Shown one piece after another: positions 51,895 to 64,000 of a stretch of 64,000 bases of DNA. Below the pieces are notes generated by a model. The model made no database searches, was not told the origin of the DNA, and worked only from the letters and a program-made list of their open reading frames with translations. The translations under genes and the position numbers were made by a program. Source of the stretch: Vicugna vicugna (lineage: Eukaryota); the NCBI GenBank assembly GCA_013265495.1, contig MU058213.1:3100001-3164000 (forward strand), in the 5' to 3' direction. Every line of letters starts with the position of its first letter. The stretch's first letter is position 1.

Positions 51895-52340
51895 ATTAGA
51901 TACGACTCAGCCTTAAAAAAGAATGAACTAATGCCATTTGCAACAACATGGATGGATCTACAGATTATCATACTAAGTGAAGTAAGTCAGTCAGAGAAAG
52001 ACAAATATCATATAGTATCACTTAAATGTGGAATCTAAAAAGTGATAGACATCAACTTATTTACAAAACAGAAATAGACTCACAGGCATTGAAAACAAAC
52101 CTATGGTTACCAAAGGGGAAAGGGGGCCAAGAGGGATAAATTACTAGTTTGGGTGTAGCAGATACAAACTTCGATGTATAAAATAAACAACAAGGTCCTA
52201 CTGTATAGCACAGGGAACTATATTCAGTATCTTGTAATAACCTATAATGGAGAAGAATCTGAAAAAGTGTGTGTATGTGTATGTGTATATATATATATAT
52301 ATATGTCACTATAGTCACTATCATCACTGAAATCACTTGT
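51895..52340 (+). mobile_element. L1 3' end
   Basis: AAAGAATGAACTAATGCCATTTGCAACAACATGGATGG...CTGTATAGCACAGGGAACTATATTCAGTATC. Confidence 0.88.
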
Positions 52341-52706
52341 CAGTAAATATAAGACAGTTGAAGGAGTACTGAATTTGAGACTCTAGTTAAGAATTTCAAT
52401 CCTCTTTAAATTCTACCATCAAAGAATCTGTTTTAAGTCGTCTTAGTGTGAAGTGAAATTTAAATCAAGTGCAATGCCATAAAAATGCACCTGAAAGTAT
52501 ATGCTTCTTAACTTTAACAAATATAGATCTGATATAGACATGTATTTGATGTAACTTCTTAAAAGCAATGTTTGGAAATGCCTACTTTTAACATCATTTA
52601 CCTTTTGATGTGATTTTTGCAACATTTAGATTTGTTGTTTTCCTTGGAAGATAATACAGAGTTTCCATTTCCCACTCTATACGTTTTTGCTTATAATTGT
52701 TCTTAG

Positions 52707-52838
<132 letters not shown>

Positions 52839-55412
52839 TGAGATATATTACTACTACTAATTATATACAAAACTCTAAAGCATCCTTTTGAAAAATCTTA
52901 AATTAGCAATATATTATAATGTCCAGTGGACCCCTAATGTTCATGAAGGTTATTAGAAGCACAAATTCTCTGTTGATATATTTATTATAGAAGGAAACAG
53001 ATATACTCCAATAGATAATTAAGGAGCGTTTAATAAAAGGACTGATTACAAAGGTGTAAACAGTGTTTAGAGAAGCTAATAAGGGTATACTGTAGTACCC
53101 AAAGACTAGCCACGGCAGGAAGTTTCTATTACCCTCTGGCCCCAGGGAGCAAGGAGAAGGAAACTTACTGGAATCCATTGAGCTGTAACTCTAAGAGACG
53201 GCCCCAACAGGAGGTGGCCATAGCGAGGAGAGAGCAGGGTGAAGAAAATACCCTGACTCTTCTGCCCTTCAATTAACCAAAGCTAATGAGAAGCTAGAAA
53301 GCAAGACAGCCCACTTATATAGTCCATACAGGTCAGCCTCCCTGCACAATGGGCAGGTGAAGAGTGGAAAGAGCTGGACGGGCAAATAGAAAATATATGG
53401 ACCTGGTTTGGGTTTATATAAATTGGGGGAGCAAATACCAAGCAAAGGGAACAACATGAGCAAAGGCACAGAGCTGCACTAGGGCTTCACCATTTCCAGG
53501 CAGGTTGTCCGGAGGCGCTAATGTGTGGTAGGATGTGTGGGAGAGGAGAAAAATGAGTGATGAGGCTGGAATGGAACTCTGCCCTTCTCCAGAATCTGGA
53601 CTTATTCTATAGGTAGTACAGTACCACTGGAGGCTTTTGAGAAGCATGACATAATTAAATCTGATTTAGAAGTAATTCTCTTAAAGTAGCAGTATTTAGG
53701 ATACACTCAAAGGGAGAAAGCTAGAAAATTTGGGAATAGAGTTCAGAAGTTAGCATCCATTCTTCCTTATATATGAAAGTTGCTGGGAGGGTCCAATCAA
53801 AGAAAATCATTTCTGCATTTTACTCTTGACCACAAGAATAGACATTCACTTTAGCTACCTATATGACAGGACATCTAAGCATTGATTTCTATAAAATGAG
53901 AATAATAAAACAGCTCTCAAGAATTAAATGAGAATCTATGGACAGTATCGCACAGGGCCTATTACAAAGTAAGTGTTCAGTAAGTAATGATGATATAATG
54001 ATGTTAAGTAAAGGAATGTTTCTTGGCAATTAAAAAAAAAAAGACAATGACTATAAAAAGACTCCAAATGAGCGACACAACCACAAAGATTCTAGACAAG
54101 TGACAGGACTTGATGTAGAAGGATGGCCGTGGGAATGGGAAGGAAACAAGGTGGATGTGTGGGATGAGAAGTTGCTTATTTAAGGTGACAACAAAATTTT
54201 AAGACTGAGAAACTGAGTGATTCTATTAACTTAAATACTAGACACTAAACAGGTTTGAAAGAAAGCTGTGGGGCTTACTTCTTACACTCTGATTTTGAAT
54301 GCCAGTAAGAGACTTATGTAGAAACACACAGAAGGGAGTACGAAATCCAAGTCTGAATATTTGGAGTGAGGTTAGGACTAGAAACGTCTGGGCACTGTCT
54401 AGGTAGTTTCACTGTGGCAGAGTCTGCAATTACTCTGTCTGCAAGTCAAGTCAAGCCACACATATGTTTTATTTCACTGCACAGTGTTTTTGTTTTTTGT
54501 GCTTTTTAAGTAAACTACTTGGCAAAGTGTTAAAACTGGAAGATCTTAACATAAAATCTGGATTTCTGGTTTCTCTTGAAAAAACAGAAGGCCTTGCAAC
54601 ATTTTGGGCCAGGATTCCTTCAGGACAGTATCAGCCCCTATGCAGCCTGTATCACACATTTTTATTACTTATCTGGTCTCTGTAAGCATTTGAACTTGAA
54701 ATCCCTGCTCTTACATTCTTTGTACTTATTAGTTAATAGGTATGTAATGGTATCATAAAGTTGTTTTATTTTATCTATAGTCTTCATAATTAAATTATCA
54801 AGTACTCTTCTTCAGCCATTTATTGAGGGAACTCCTCTAACAGTTAAAATCCACGTTTCTATCCATGATCATGTAGGTTTGTATAGTAAGTTTTTTAAAT
54901 TAGTTGTATATATACATCTTTTAGTTGGACAAAATCACCAGCTTACCTTCAGAATAAAATCACATGTGCCCAGAAGGCCATCATTGCCTAAATGATGTTT
55001 CTTTTAAAGGAGGTTGTTTTTTTCCTTAGAGAATGGTTTCCTGTGACAGTTTTTTATCTCTTTAGGAGAGACGTATTCATTTTTCCACCAGAAAAGCAAA
55101 TGGTAGAGTTGTATAGTTAAAAATTAGTATACTTTTCAGTAAACAAGACAAATATTAAGCACAGAAATAACTTCTTACTTGAAAATACTGGAATTAGAAT
55201 ATTAAACCTGGAAAAGACCTTAGATATTATCTCCCTTTATGGATAAGAAAAATTAAGAGCCAGAAAGTTAAAGTAACTTCAAGCTCACGTAGCTATTTAT
55301 ACCAAAAGGAAAGTGCTCTCATTTTTTAAAAAAGATGTTATCCACGGTGTAAATAGATACCTTCTAAACTGATATCCTAGATGACTTGACAACACATTTT
55401 TCTTGCTTTTAG

Positions 55413-55553
55413 TGTCAAGTACTCATCCTTGGTGGCACTTGCCTTCATAATCCGTCCCACAGCTGTCATTCCATGGGTACCTTTGCTGCTCAGACATTTC
55501 TGGCAAGAACAGAGAAAGCTTGATCTTTTTCTACATCAGTTTTTACCTATAGG
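55413..55553 (+). CDS. PIGB: PIGB coding exon 6 ([46 protein letters not shown])
   Basis: Acceptor gcttttAG, donor GG|GTAAGT. 141 nt. IRPT motif. Confidence 0.95.
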
Positions 55554-56454
55554 GTAAGTATGGCTACAATCCATCTATTAATTTTAATAATCTATAAATT
55601 ACAGATTATGAACAAGATTTTACATCTTTTAGTCAATTATATCCTCCAATGGCAATGAGAATTGTCAGACCAAGGAAACAGTATTTTTGATTTTATATTT
55701 TTGTGATTCTGATTAACTAAGTATTTTAATTTGCTGAAATAACGAGCTTTGCAATTTTTCTAAATTAGAACTTTCCTGTGCTTTATTTCCTAAATATTTT
55801 TCAAATACATTTTAGAGATACTTAATTCCTTTACATTTGTATAGGGCTTTATAATGTATAATGTGTATTCACGTACTACCTCATGATTTTCACAATTCTT
55901 GGATCTAGCAATGTGTAGGTATTTTTACTTTGTGATAGAGGAAACGGGGTTGTGAAATTAAAAATGAGTTAGCCAGTGTCACTGCTGTGATGGAAATGGG
56001 ATTGAAACCCAGGTCCTCTCACTGTATTTTGAGCTCCTACGATCAGATTTATCCCACGTATCTAGTGCAGTATCCAAAATAGTTATTTATTGAAGGGACG
56101 AATGCATTTTGACTCTTAGAACAGTGATCTTTTCAAATATACTAGTGTTCACTCTTTACAGGTATTTTTGGGCAGCTTAGCTGTTAAAAAGGACAAAATC
56201 ATCTGTGGCTAAGTTGCCACTGTTGTCATTTCTCAGATTTATTAACATTGTTTTGAATGTAATACATTCATTCAGCAAATATTTATTTAATCCTAGAATA
56301 TGCTAGGTGCTGTTCCAGATGATGGAGATATAGCATTTTAACAAAACAAAGTCCCTGCCATCATGAAGTTTATATTCTAGTGGAGGGAGACAGCTAAAAA
56401 CATATGATTGACATATTTCTCAAGTGACAGTGAATGCTACAGGGAAAAATCGTG

Positions 56455-56640
56455 AGCGCCTTCAGATGAAACTATAGCCCTAGCCAACATCTTGACAAGT
56501 TATGAGACCTTGAGCCAGAGACACCCAGATAAGCTGCGCCTGGATTTTTGGCACACAGAAACTGTGAGATAATAAATGTTCATAGTTTTAGGCTGCCAAG
56601 TTTTGGGGTAATTTGTTATGCAGCAACAGATAATGCAGTG
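56455..56640 (+). mobile_element. MLT1 LTR 3' fragment
   Basis: CACAGAAACTGTGAGATAATAAATGTT...GGGGTAATTTGTTATGCAGCAACAGATAA. Confidence 0.75.
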
Positions 56641-56744
56641 TTTATTACTTTTAAAAGTTTGCTTAAATACAGTTTCTCTCAATGAAAGATCTTTCAAGAC
56701 TTATAAATCTGTATGCAGTTGGTGAAACTTTTAAAGCATTTTTA

Positions 56745-56876
56745 TATTGTTTTGCTTTTTTTTGAGGGGGAGGTAATTAGGTTTTTATTTGTTTATTTCT
56801 GATGCGGATCTGGGAATTGAGCCCTGGACCTTGTGCGTGCTAGGCACACGCTCTACCGCTGAGCTATACCCTCCCC
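56745..56876 (-). mobile_element. tRNA-derived SINE, same family
   Basis: Reverse-complement head; 13-nt TSD TAAAGCATTTTTA. Confidence 0.88.
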
Positions 56877-56986
56877 TAAAGCATTTTTAAAGTGGCTTTT
56901 GATGCAAAGCACTTGCAAAGCCATATGCCACTATTGGATTTGCAGTAAGTTCAGAATGTTCATCACCCTTCTGTTTTGTTTTTCAG

Positions 56987-57038
56987 ATTTGTCACTTTCA
57001 GTTTGTCTCTGATAATTGATCGTATATTTTTTGGTCAA
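56987..57038 (+). CDS. PIGB: PIGB coding exon 7 (FVTFSLSLIIDRIFFGQ)
   Basis: Acceptor ttttttcAG-type tract, donor CAA|GTAAGT. 52 nt. Confidence 0.93.
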
Positions 57039-57749
57039 GTAAGTAAAAATATATGATGCTTTTTTGTTGTTTTAAGCTAAGTTAATCTAATCATTTATTA
57101 AGCTAAAAACTCGACCTGACTTTTTAATCTATGAATATTGGGGAACATAGGTAAATCATTGTTTTTAATGATATGGGATATACTGGAAAAAAACTACTTT
57201 GGGTCTTTGGTTCCATTTTCTGTGCTCTCTATATAACAGAGTTGTGTATTCCTAACTGAAGTTCAAGACTCCATTTTAAGGCATTTTTGTCAGGTTTGTA
57301 ACAATAAAGGTTAATTTTTTAAATGATTTTAATTGACCTCAATTATTCGAATTCAAATTAACCAGACACTATTCTTCAAGCATCTGGTTTGGCATTTTTA
57401 ATCTCATGACAGTTGGTAACGGGCTTTGGTTGTTTTTAAGTTCCCTATTTTTAAGTCACTTACGGCCTCTGGAATCAGATGCCACCGTCTGAAGCCTAGT
57501 GCCCTAATTGCACAAGTGAGCACTTAATGTTAACTGCTGTTACCTGCTTTGTGCTATAATTCAAATTGCAATGTTTTCACAGCTTTTCATCTTATAAGTA
57601 ATGTCTGATACCATAAGGCACTACAGTAAAATTTTTAACATGGGTACCAAAAACATACACTCATAAAAATTATTTTTAAGGATTCTCTTTATGTCTAATT
57701 GTATGTAAAACTTACACTGTCAAAAGAGGCATTACATTTAGTCATACTT

Positions 57750-57887
57750 TTAAAAAATTTGGGGGGGGTAATTAGTTTTTATTTATTTGAGTTTTTTTTT
57801 TTTTTTTTTTTAATGGCAGTACTGGGGATTGAACCCAGGGCCTCACCATGCTAGGCACACTCTCTACCACTGAGCTATATCCTTCCC
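57750..57887 (-). mobile_element. tRNA-derived SINE, same family
   Basis: Reverse-complement A and B boxes, with a poly-T tract. Confidence 0.85.
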
Positions 57888-58138
57888 TTATTCATACTAT
57901 CTGGAATCTCAAAAACCTAGTGTTTTACAAAATAACAAATAACACATTAATACTTAGAACATAAAAAATTAAAGCATGATTTCATATGGTAATTAATCAA
58001 AATTATTAATGTAAACTATGATCTGGTTTTTAGGCTTCATTCCTGATTTAATGTCAAGATCCTGCCAAATTCTCTAATGCCAAAGATTCATACTTGGCAC
58101 TAACACATTTCTATTTCTCTTTCCTTCAACGATGCCAG

Positions 58139-58350
58139 TGGACTCTGGTTCAATATAACTTTTTGAAATTCAACGTGCTGCAGGATTTGGGAACATTTTA
58201 TGGTTCTCATCCCTGGCACTGGTACTTCAGCCAAGGATTTCCAGCTGTCCTGGGTACTCACTTACCCTTCTTTATCCATGGCTGCTTTCTAGCCTCAAAG
58301 AGGTACAGGATTTTTTTGGTGACTGTGCTGTGGACACTGCTAGTTTATAG
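58139..58350 (+). CDS. PIGB: PIGB coding exon 8 ([35 protein letters not shown]...LWTLLVY)
   Basis: YGSHPWHWY motif. Acceptor gccAG, donor AG|GTAAGA. 212 nt. Confidence 0.96.
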
Positions 58351-58995
58351 GTAAGATTTAATCTTTTTGAACAGTTAATTTTTTAATGTAACCAAGAAAT
58401 TTAACTAAATTCTTCAAAAGGCAAACTGTTTATCTTTTGGAGATGCATTAGTTCTTATGGTTTGTTAAGGGGGATCGTTTAGCAAACAGAAAATGTAGAA
58501 ATTATGCCGGTGCTCAGGCTGAAAGCTTCTGATACACATAGTTTAATAAGGATTACATTCAGTTTTTAAGAGGTTGCACAAATAGTATTTGCTTTTAAAA
58601 AAACAGTAACTGCCAAAATTTTAGGTGTTGAAGGACCAGAGAAATATTTTTAAATGAAAATGTATGTACTGTTATTCTAAATTTGAGTAATAGAACTTAC
58701 TTGGATAGGTAACAGAAAGAAATCCCTTTTTTAGCATGCAATTATACTTTAGAATTTAGCATTGACATTAAATGTTAGGATTACTTTTAACACATCATCA
58801 TCACCTTATTAACGAAAAAATGAGACTTGATTCTTTTTTTTGTTTTGTTTTGTTTTGTTTTGTTTTGAGACTTGATTCTTGAAGCATGAAATTCAGTCTC
58901 AGTAGTTAGAAAAACATCATATTAATTATATTCATTTTAAATACATTAACTTCTCAAACTGTCACTTATTATGAGAAAATAACATTTTCTTTTAA

Positions 58996-59094
<99 letters not shown>

Positions 59095-60874
59095 TAGAAA
59101 AAAAATTAATTATAGAGTTAAAAGAAAATCAATGTTTAATAAACTCTAAAATATTATTTATTTTCTACTAGGCTAAATGAGAATTGCTTCTTAATTAAAA
59201 ATGATTATATTACTGCAGTATTGCCTTTTTGTACAGCCTAAATATCCTTTCTCCTGCCTAAATGTCCATTTTAAAAAATAAGGGTCTAATATCCATGGCA
59301 CCTTTTAGTGGTGGTGTTTTTGGCAGTTAGAAATCTTTTGCTAAAAAGTCATACAATGTCTATGTTAGATACAGCTATTTGAAGTTTATGGTTAAACTAC
59401 AAAATTCTTCATTCCCCAAATGAAAAATGTTAAATCTAGTTTTTAATGCTTGACACACATCTGTCCCTTCAAGACTTACTCTAATACATATGCAGGTTTT
59501 AAAGTGATTCACACTTCTGATTTTATTTTGGTCTTTTCTCCATTTTTCCACTAGGTTTTTGCAATAATTTTTTCACATGTGACTTCTAAAAAGTCTTACA
59601 TTACTCACCTCTGGAAAATATGAATTTTTTTATCAGTTGGTTTGGAAAATTTATGAATTGAAACTTTATTAACTTCAAGTTTAACTCATAATAAATGACT
59701 GTTGGCTTCCTTTAAATATTAATCACTAAAAATATTACTGGGCTAGGGAGGGAAGAAATGAGTAATCAACTGGGCCTGGAGGTTTGGAAAGTTAAAGGTA
59801 TTAAACTTTTTATTAAAAAAAAAAAAATCCATCCACTCATTAAGTTAAGCAGTCTTCTTTGACCAAGTATAAGCAACATCTCCTACAGATCTCAGATGTA
59901 CGTACTCTCTTCAGTTTAGACACAACTATACACATTTATATATTTGAAACATCTCAGCACTGAAAGTTAGTCTCATACAGTATCTTTAGTCTTACTTCAT
60001 ATACAAATGCAGGCACAAGTGAAAATATAAGCATCTAACAGCTATTTGTAAAGTCTTAATAATAGTGGGCCCATTTGGCAGAGCAAATCTGTTCACAAAT
60101 CACTATCCAGATTTAATTTTTTTTTTATTCTTTACAATCACTTTAGTTTAAGTTAGAGTGATAATTAAGTTTGCTTTCTGCCCAGGTGAACACTGCCAGA
60201 CTACTGGAGGACAAATATTTGTGTATGTTTTGTTGGTTACTTTAGGAACTTGGCTTCACTCCGTTTTATAATCTGGGTTTTTCCAGCATCCCAATTCTCT
60301 GCCCTGTCATCACACAATGTTTTAAAGACTGAGTTGTCTGAATCCTCATTCCCATTCCAAAAGATTGAATCTTTAAGTGGCAGGATCCAGGTAACCCCTT
60401 GTGCCCAGTCCCAAAGACTGAGAAAAAATGGTGAGGGTTGAAGAGATCCCTTTCTAATAATGGACAAGAATCAGCCTTTCTTCCAATCCTGTGTCCACTC
60501 AGAAGGATCCCTAAGGGACTGAGACCTAGGAAGACCCGACATCTTCTCACAAGATGTGAGCTTTTCCTCCGGAAACATAGACCCAAGGTTCCTGAGTGAG
60601 CCAAAAGATTCTGATTCCTTACACACTTGTATGTCAGAACTCTAATGCCATCAGGTTCCAACAACCGGACCAATTAAGTAGTGAGCTCACTCAAACAAGT
60701 CTTTGGATGTTCAGGAATGATTTCAGACAACAGTTCTCTTTGTGGAGTCCTAGATGTTTTAAATGGCCTAGTTTGAGTCTTTTCTAACTACCTGAAATCC
60801 TGAGTTATACTGCACCTCAAATCTGTTTTATTCTATTCTTCTGTTCTTTATACTGATTTTATATAAACATGGCA

Positions 60875-61355
60875 ATTCTATTGGCAACTGCTGTATAACA
60901 AGTCACGGCAAAACTTAGGGGCTTAAAACTCCATTTATTATTACTTACAGATCTACATTTCAGCTGGGCAGTTCTCCACTGAGCTCAGTGATGCAAATGT
61001 GATCTGCTGCAGATGAGGTAGGCAGCTATCCCGAACTAGACTGGACTGTCACCATGTGGGATTCAGCTGGCTATAGGCCAAGGGCCTCAGCTCTGCTACG
61101 TGCTCTCATTCTCCAGCAGGCTAGCTGGGGCTGAACAAGCTAGGGTTAGGCAGGTTTCCAAGAGAGGAAGCAGAAGCATACAAAGCCTTTTGAGGTCCAA
61201 GCATGGAACTGGCACACTGTCACTTCTACCACATTCTTTTGGTCAAACTAAGTCACACAGCCAGGCCAGATTAAGAAATGGGAAATAAGCTTCAGGCTCA
61301 TGTGGGGACTGCACACAGGAAGAGGAATGACTGCAGCCATTTTTTCAGTCTACAA
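60875..61355 (-). mobile_element. Old MaLR LTR (MLT1-type)
   Basis: AAAACTTAGGGGCTTAAAAC...GAACTGGCACACTGTCACTTCTACCACATTC...AAGTCAC. Confidence 0.7.
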
Positions 61356-63889
61356 TAACTTCTCTTGCCTAATGTGAATTTCCCAGTCCTATCCAAAATA
61401 AGGACTTAATTCTAGAAAACATACCTTCTGTGATTGCCTCTGATCCTTAGTGAACTGTATAACCTTGTGCCTCAGTTTCCTTATCTGTAAAAGAAATCAG
61501 TCATTGGTCTACTAACACTAAAATTCTTAGACTGAACCTGTCATTTGTGCTGTTTCTAGCACCTGCTGCCAGTTTCGGGTTGGGTGTTAATCTGTTTTTA
61601 CAGTGGCCAGTGCAGACTTGCTTGTCTCTGATTAGGCCACTTTGTTTTTCCATTTGCTAATCTTATTAGCAAAACTGCTCATGCTCATTCAAAAGTCAGA
61701 TAAGGAGTTTTAAAGAACACTAGTTCCCTTGCCTCCCTCCCTGCCCTCCCCAGAGGCAGTCACTTACACACCTTTAGGTGGTTATTTTGTTATTTATCTC
61801 CTTCTCTAACTAAAATGCTAATAAAGTTCTTAAAGATTACTGTTTTTGATACTATCTACTGATTTCTTACTATGGAAGATGAAAATAGATTTCTTAGCAA
61901 AGTAGCAACAGAAAATTGTTTCTGATACCTCCCTCAGTCTGTGCTCAGTAATCTTATTACTGTTCTTAATAGTTAAAAGTCTCTCTTTTCCCCAGACCCA
62001 TCCTCCTATACATTCTTCCATTCTAGAATTAAACCACACTTTTTCATGTAAACAGTGAAACTGAGTTGAACAGCTTTCCCAAGGAGTATTTAAAAATGAA
62101 AAGGTTAGCTCAGAAATAGCTCTAACTGCTAAAACTTAACAGATTTTTTTTCTTAACATTGAGTTTTCTAATAATTCTTGCCAAAACCAGGATACACAGG
62201 GGGTCAGTAATGAAGAACCCCCCCACCCCCGCCCCGATTTTCCCATACTCTCTATTGCCATGAACCTTACTTACCTTGGTGAGAAGGAACTCGTCAGTCA
62301 CTGCTGAAGAATACAGATTGCCACACTAAATATCCAAGACTTAAAAACTGATTATTTATGTCAAGATAAATAATATATGATGATCAGGAGATATGGCTGA
62401 GTAAACAATGAGCCAATTCATAAAGGGCCTTCTAATATACTAATTTTTTTTAGATTTTTATCCTGGGGAGTAGTCAATTAGGACATAATGGATTTAAAAA
62501 AACACTTTTAAAACAGCAGTCTGATGAGAATGATTTGATTAGGACCTAGTGTATTTTTTACTATAAAAATAATGGTAAAAAAACCCATCACTGTCATCCT
62601 CTAATCATCCAGCCCAAGCCCTCAGAGGTGATAATTATCTCTTTTTTATAAATTCTCCCAGAAATTTTCTATATACCCACTTTTAAGTATCTTTTTGTAG
62701 ACTCAGATTAACAGGAGCAAATTAAATATTCTGGGATGTTACTTGCACTGAATTAGCAAGGGCTACTTTGTGAAATGAAGGAGCCTGTATTGTGACAAGG
62801 AGTCACCAGGGTTCATACTGAGTCCTTGTTCTCAAGAAAATTACATGAGAGAATGAAAGATTTCCGTAAGTCATTTATATGACAGATAGAAAACTTGTGT
62901 TCCCAGAATCTTAAGTAATTTGGGAGGCAGGGTGTCTGGTATTTCAAGTTCCGTAATGCTTAATTACATTACTTAACGTGGCAGTGACTATCACTTTCTG
63001 AAGCTAGCTCACTTTAGTGGGGGGATCCTCTCAGTGAGAACTGCATATCCACATTATTTGTATGCAGAATTAAGTGGACTTACTGGATGGCAGCTACTAG
63101 GATCTTACTCACTGCCTCTTTTAAATATTAAAGAAACCATTCTGTTTCCTCATAAGAAAACTATGGATTCTAGGTGTCTGTTGTGGCTCAGTTCAGCATT
63201 GACCCTATAATGTATCTTTCCACCTCTCTTTAGCAACTACAGTTTCTGAAATCCCTTTGGGAAACTTCACTGTCAGATGGTTTGAAAAACCTCAGTCTTC
63301 AAATTTAAGAGTATTCAAGTCTTCTTTCTCTTCCCAGTGTTTTCTTTATATTATTTCTCCAAATAATATGGAGATTTAATTTAATTCTCACTAGAAGGAT
63401 CAGGCCTAAAATGAGCAACCAGCTTCAGAAAGTGAAAATCACCATGAAGTAAGGTAAGCATTACCTAACTTGAAAGACCCCTTCTGTATCAGTCATCCAT
63501 ACACTTGGATCCCTACTGCTATAGTTCTGATAAAACATTCAATGAACATTTAGTGAAGAAATAAATTATAAGTCATCTGCCTCATAGATGCCCACACTTA
63601 AGTCAATATTCCTGAGAGCAAGTTGTCTTCCAGGGGTGTTACCCTTCAACGTAGCTTTTTGTAACTTGAGCCCACTGGTTTTAGTTTTTGCAGTCAACCA
63701 AAGGAAGCATTTCACTTTTACATTGTACTTGCTGGTCTGTTATAGCTGTATCTGGAATTACAGGGATGTTGGAACTTTCGGAATCCTAGTTCAGTTCTAA
63801 TAAACCCAAGTTCCCCATTTTACTATTTCAAACATCTTACAAAGTTAGATTTAAGTTTTAAATGTAGGCTTGGTTTTCCTGATCTGGCT

Positions 63890-64000
63890 ACTTTTTTTTT
63901 TTCCTTATTTTTTTTTTCCTTTTTTAGTGGGGAACGTAATTAGGTTTTTATTTACTTATTTTTAATGGAGGTACTGGGGATGGAACCCAGGACCTTGTGC
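63890..64000 (-). mobile_element. tRNA-derived SINE, truncated by the window edge
   Basis: TAATTAGGTTTTTATTT...GGAGGTACTGGGGATGGAACCCAGGACC. Confidence 0.8.

Overview
Mammalian genomic DNA, most likely camelid judging from its tRNA-derived SINEs, covering the RAB27A / PIGBOS1 / PIGB locus. Positions 1-36.5 kb hold the 5' part of RAB27A on the minus strand. Only two non-coding exons are visible (about 36380-36500 in a CpG island, and 22630-22748); the coding exons lie left of the window. The complete 54-aa PIGBOS1 microprotein ORF is at 43790-43954 (-). It shares a CpG-island bidirectional promoter (about 45.25-45.95 kb) with PIGB (+), of which coding exons 1-9 are present with consistent splice phases. 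PIGB intron 2 is a U12-type AT-AC intron. The rest is intronic or intergenic and rich in repeats: SINEs, L1, L2, MIR, MaLR LTRs, hAT MERs, and a decayed ERV-L gag-pro-pol broken by nested insertions. I see no wholly new biological system. The most interesting less obvious signals are AUG-UGA start-stop elements in both RAB27A leader exons, an out-of-frame uORF overlapping the PIGB start codon, the AT-AC intron and the nested ERV-L fossil. Gene and repeat-family names come from my recall of known sequences; no database search was run.
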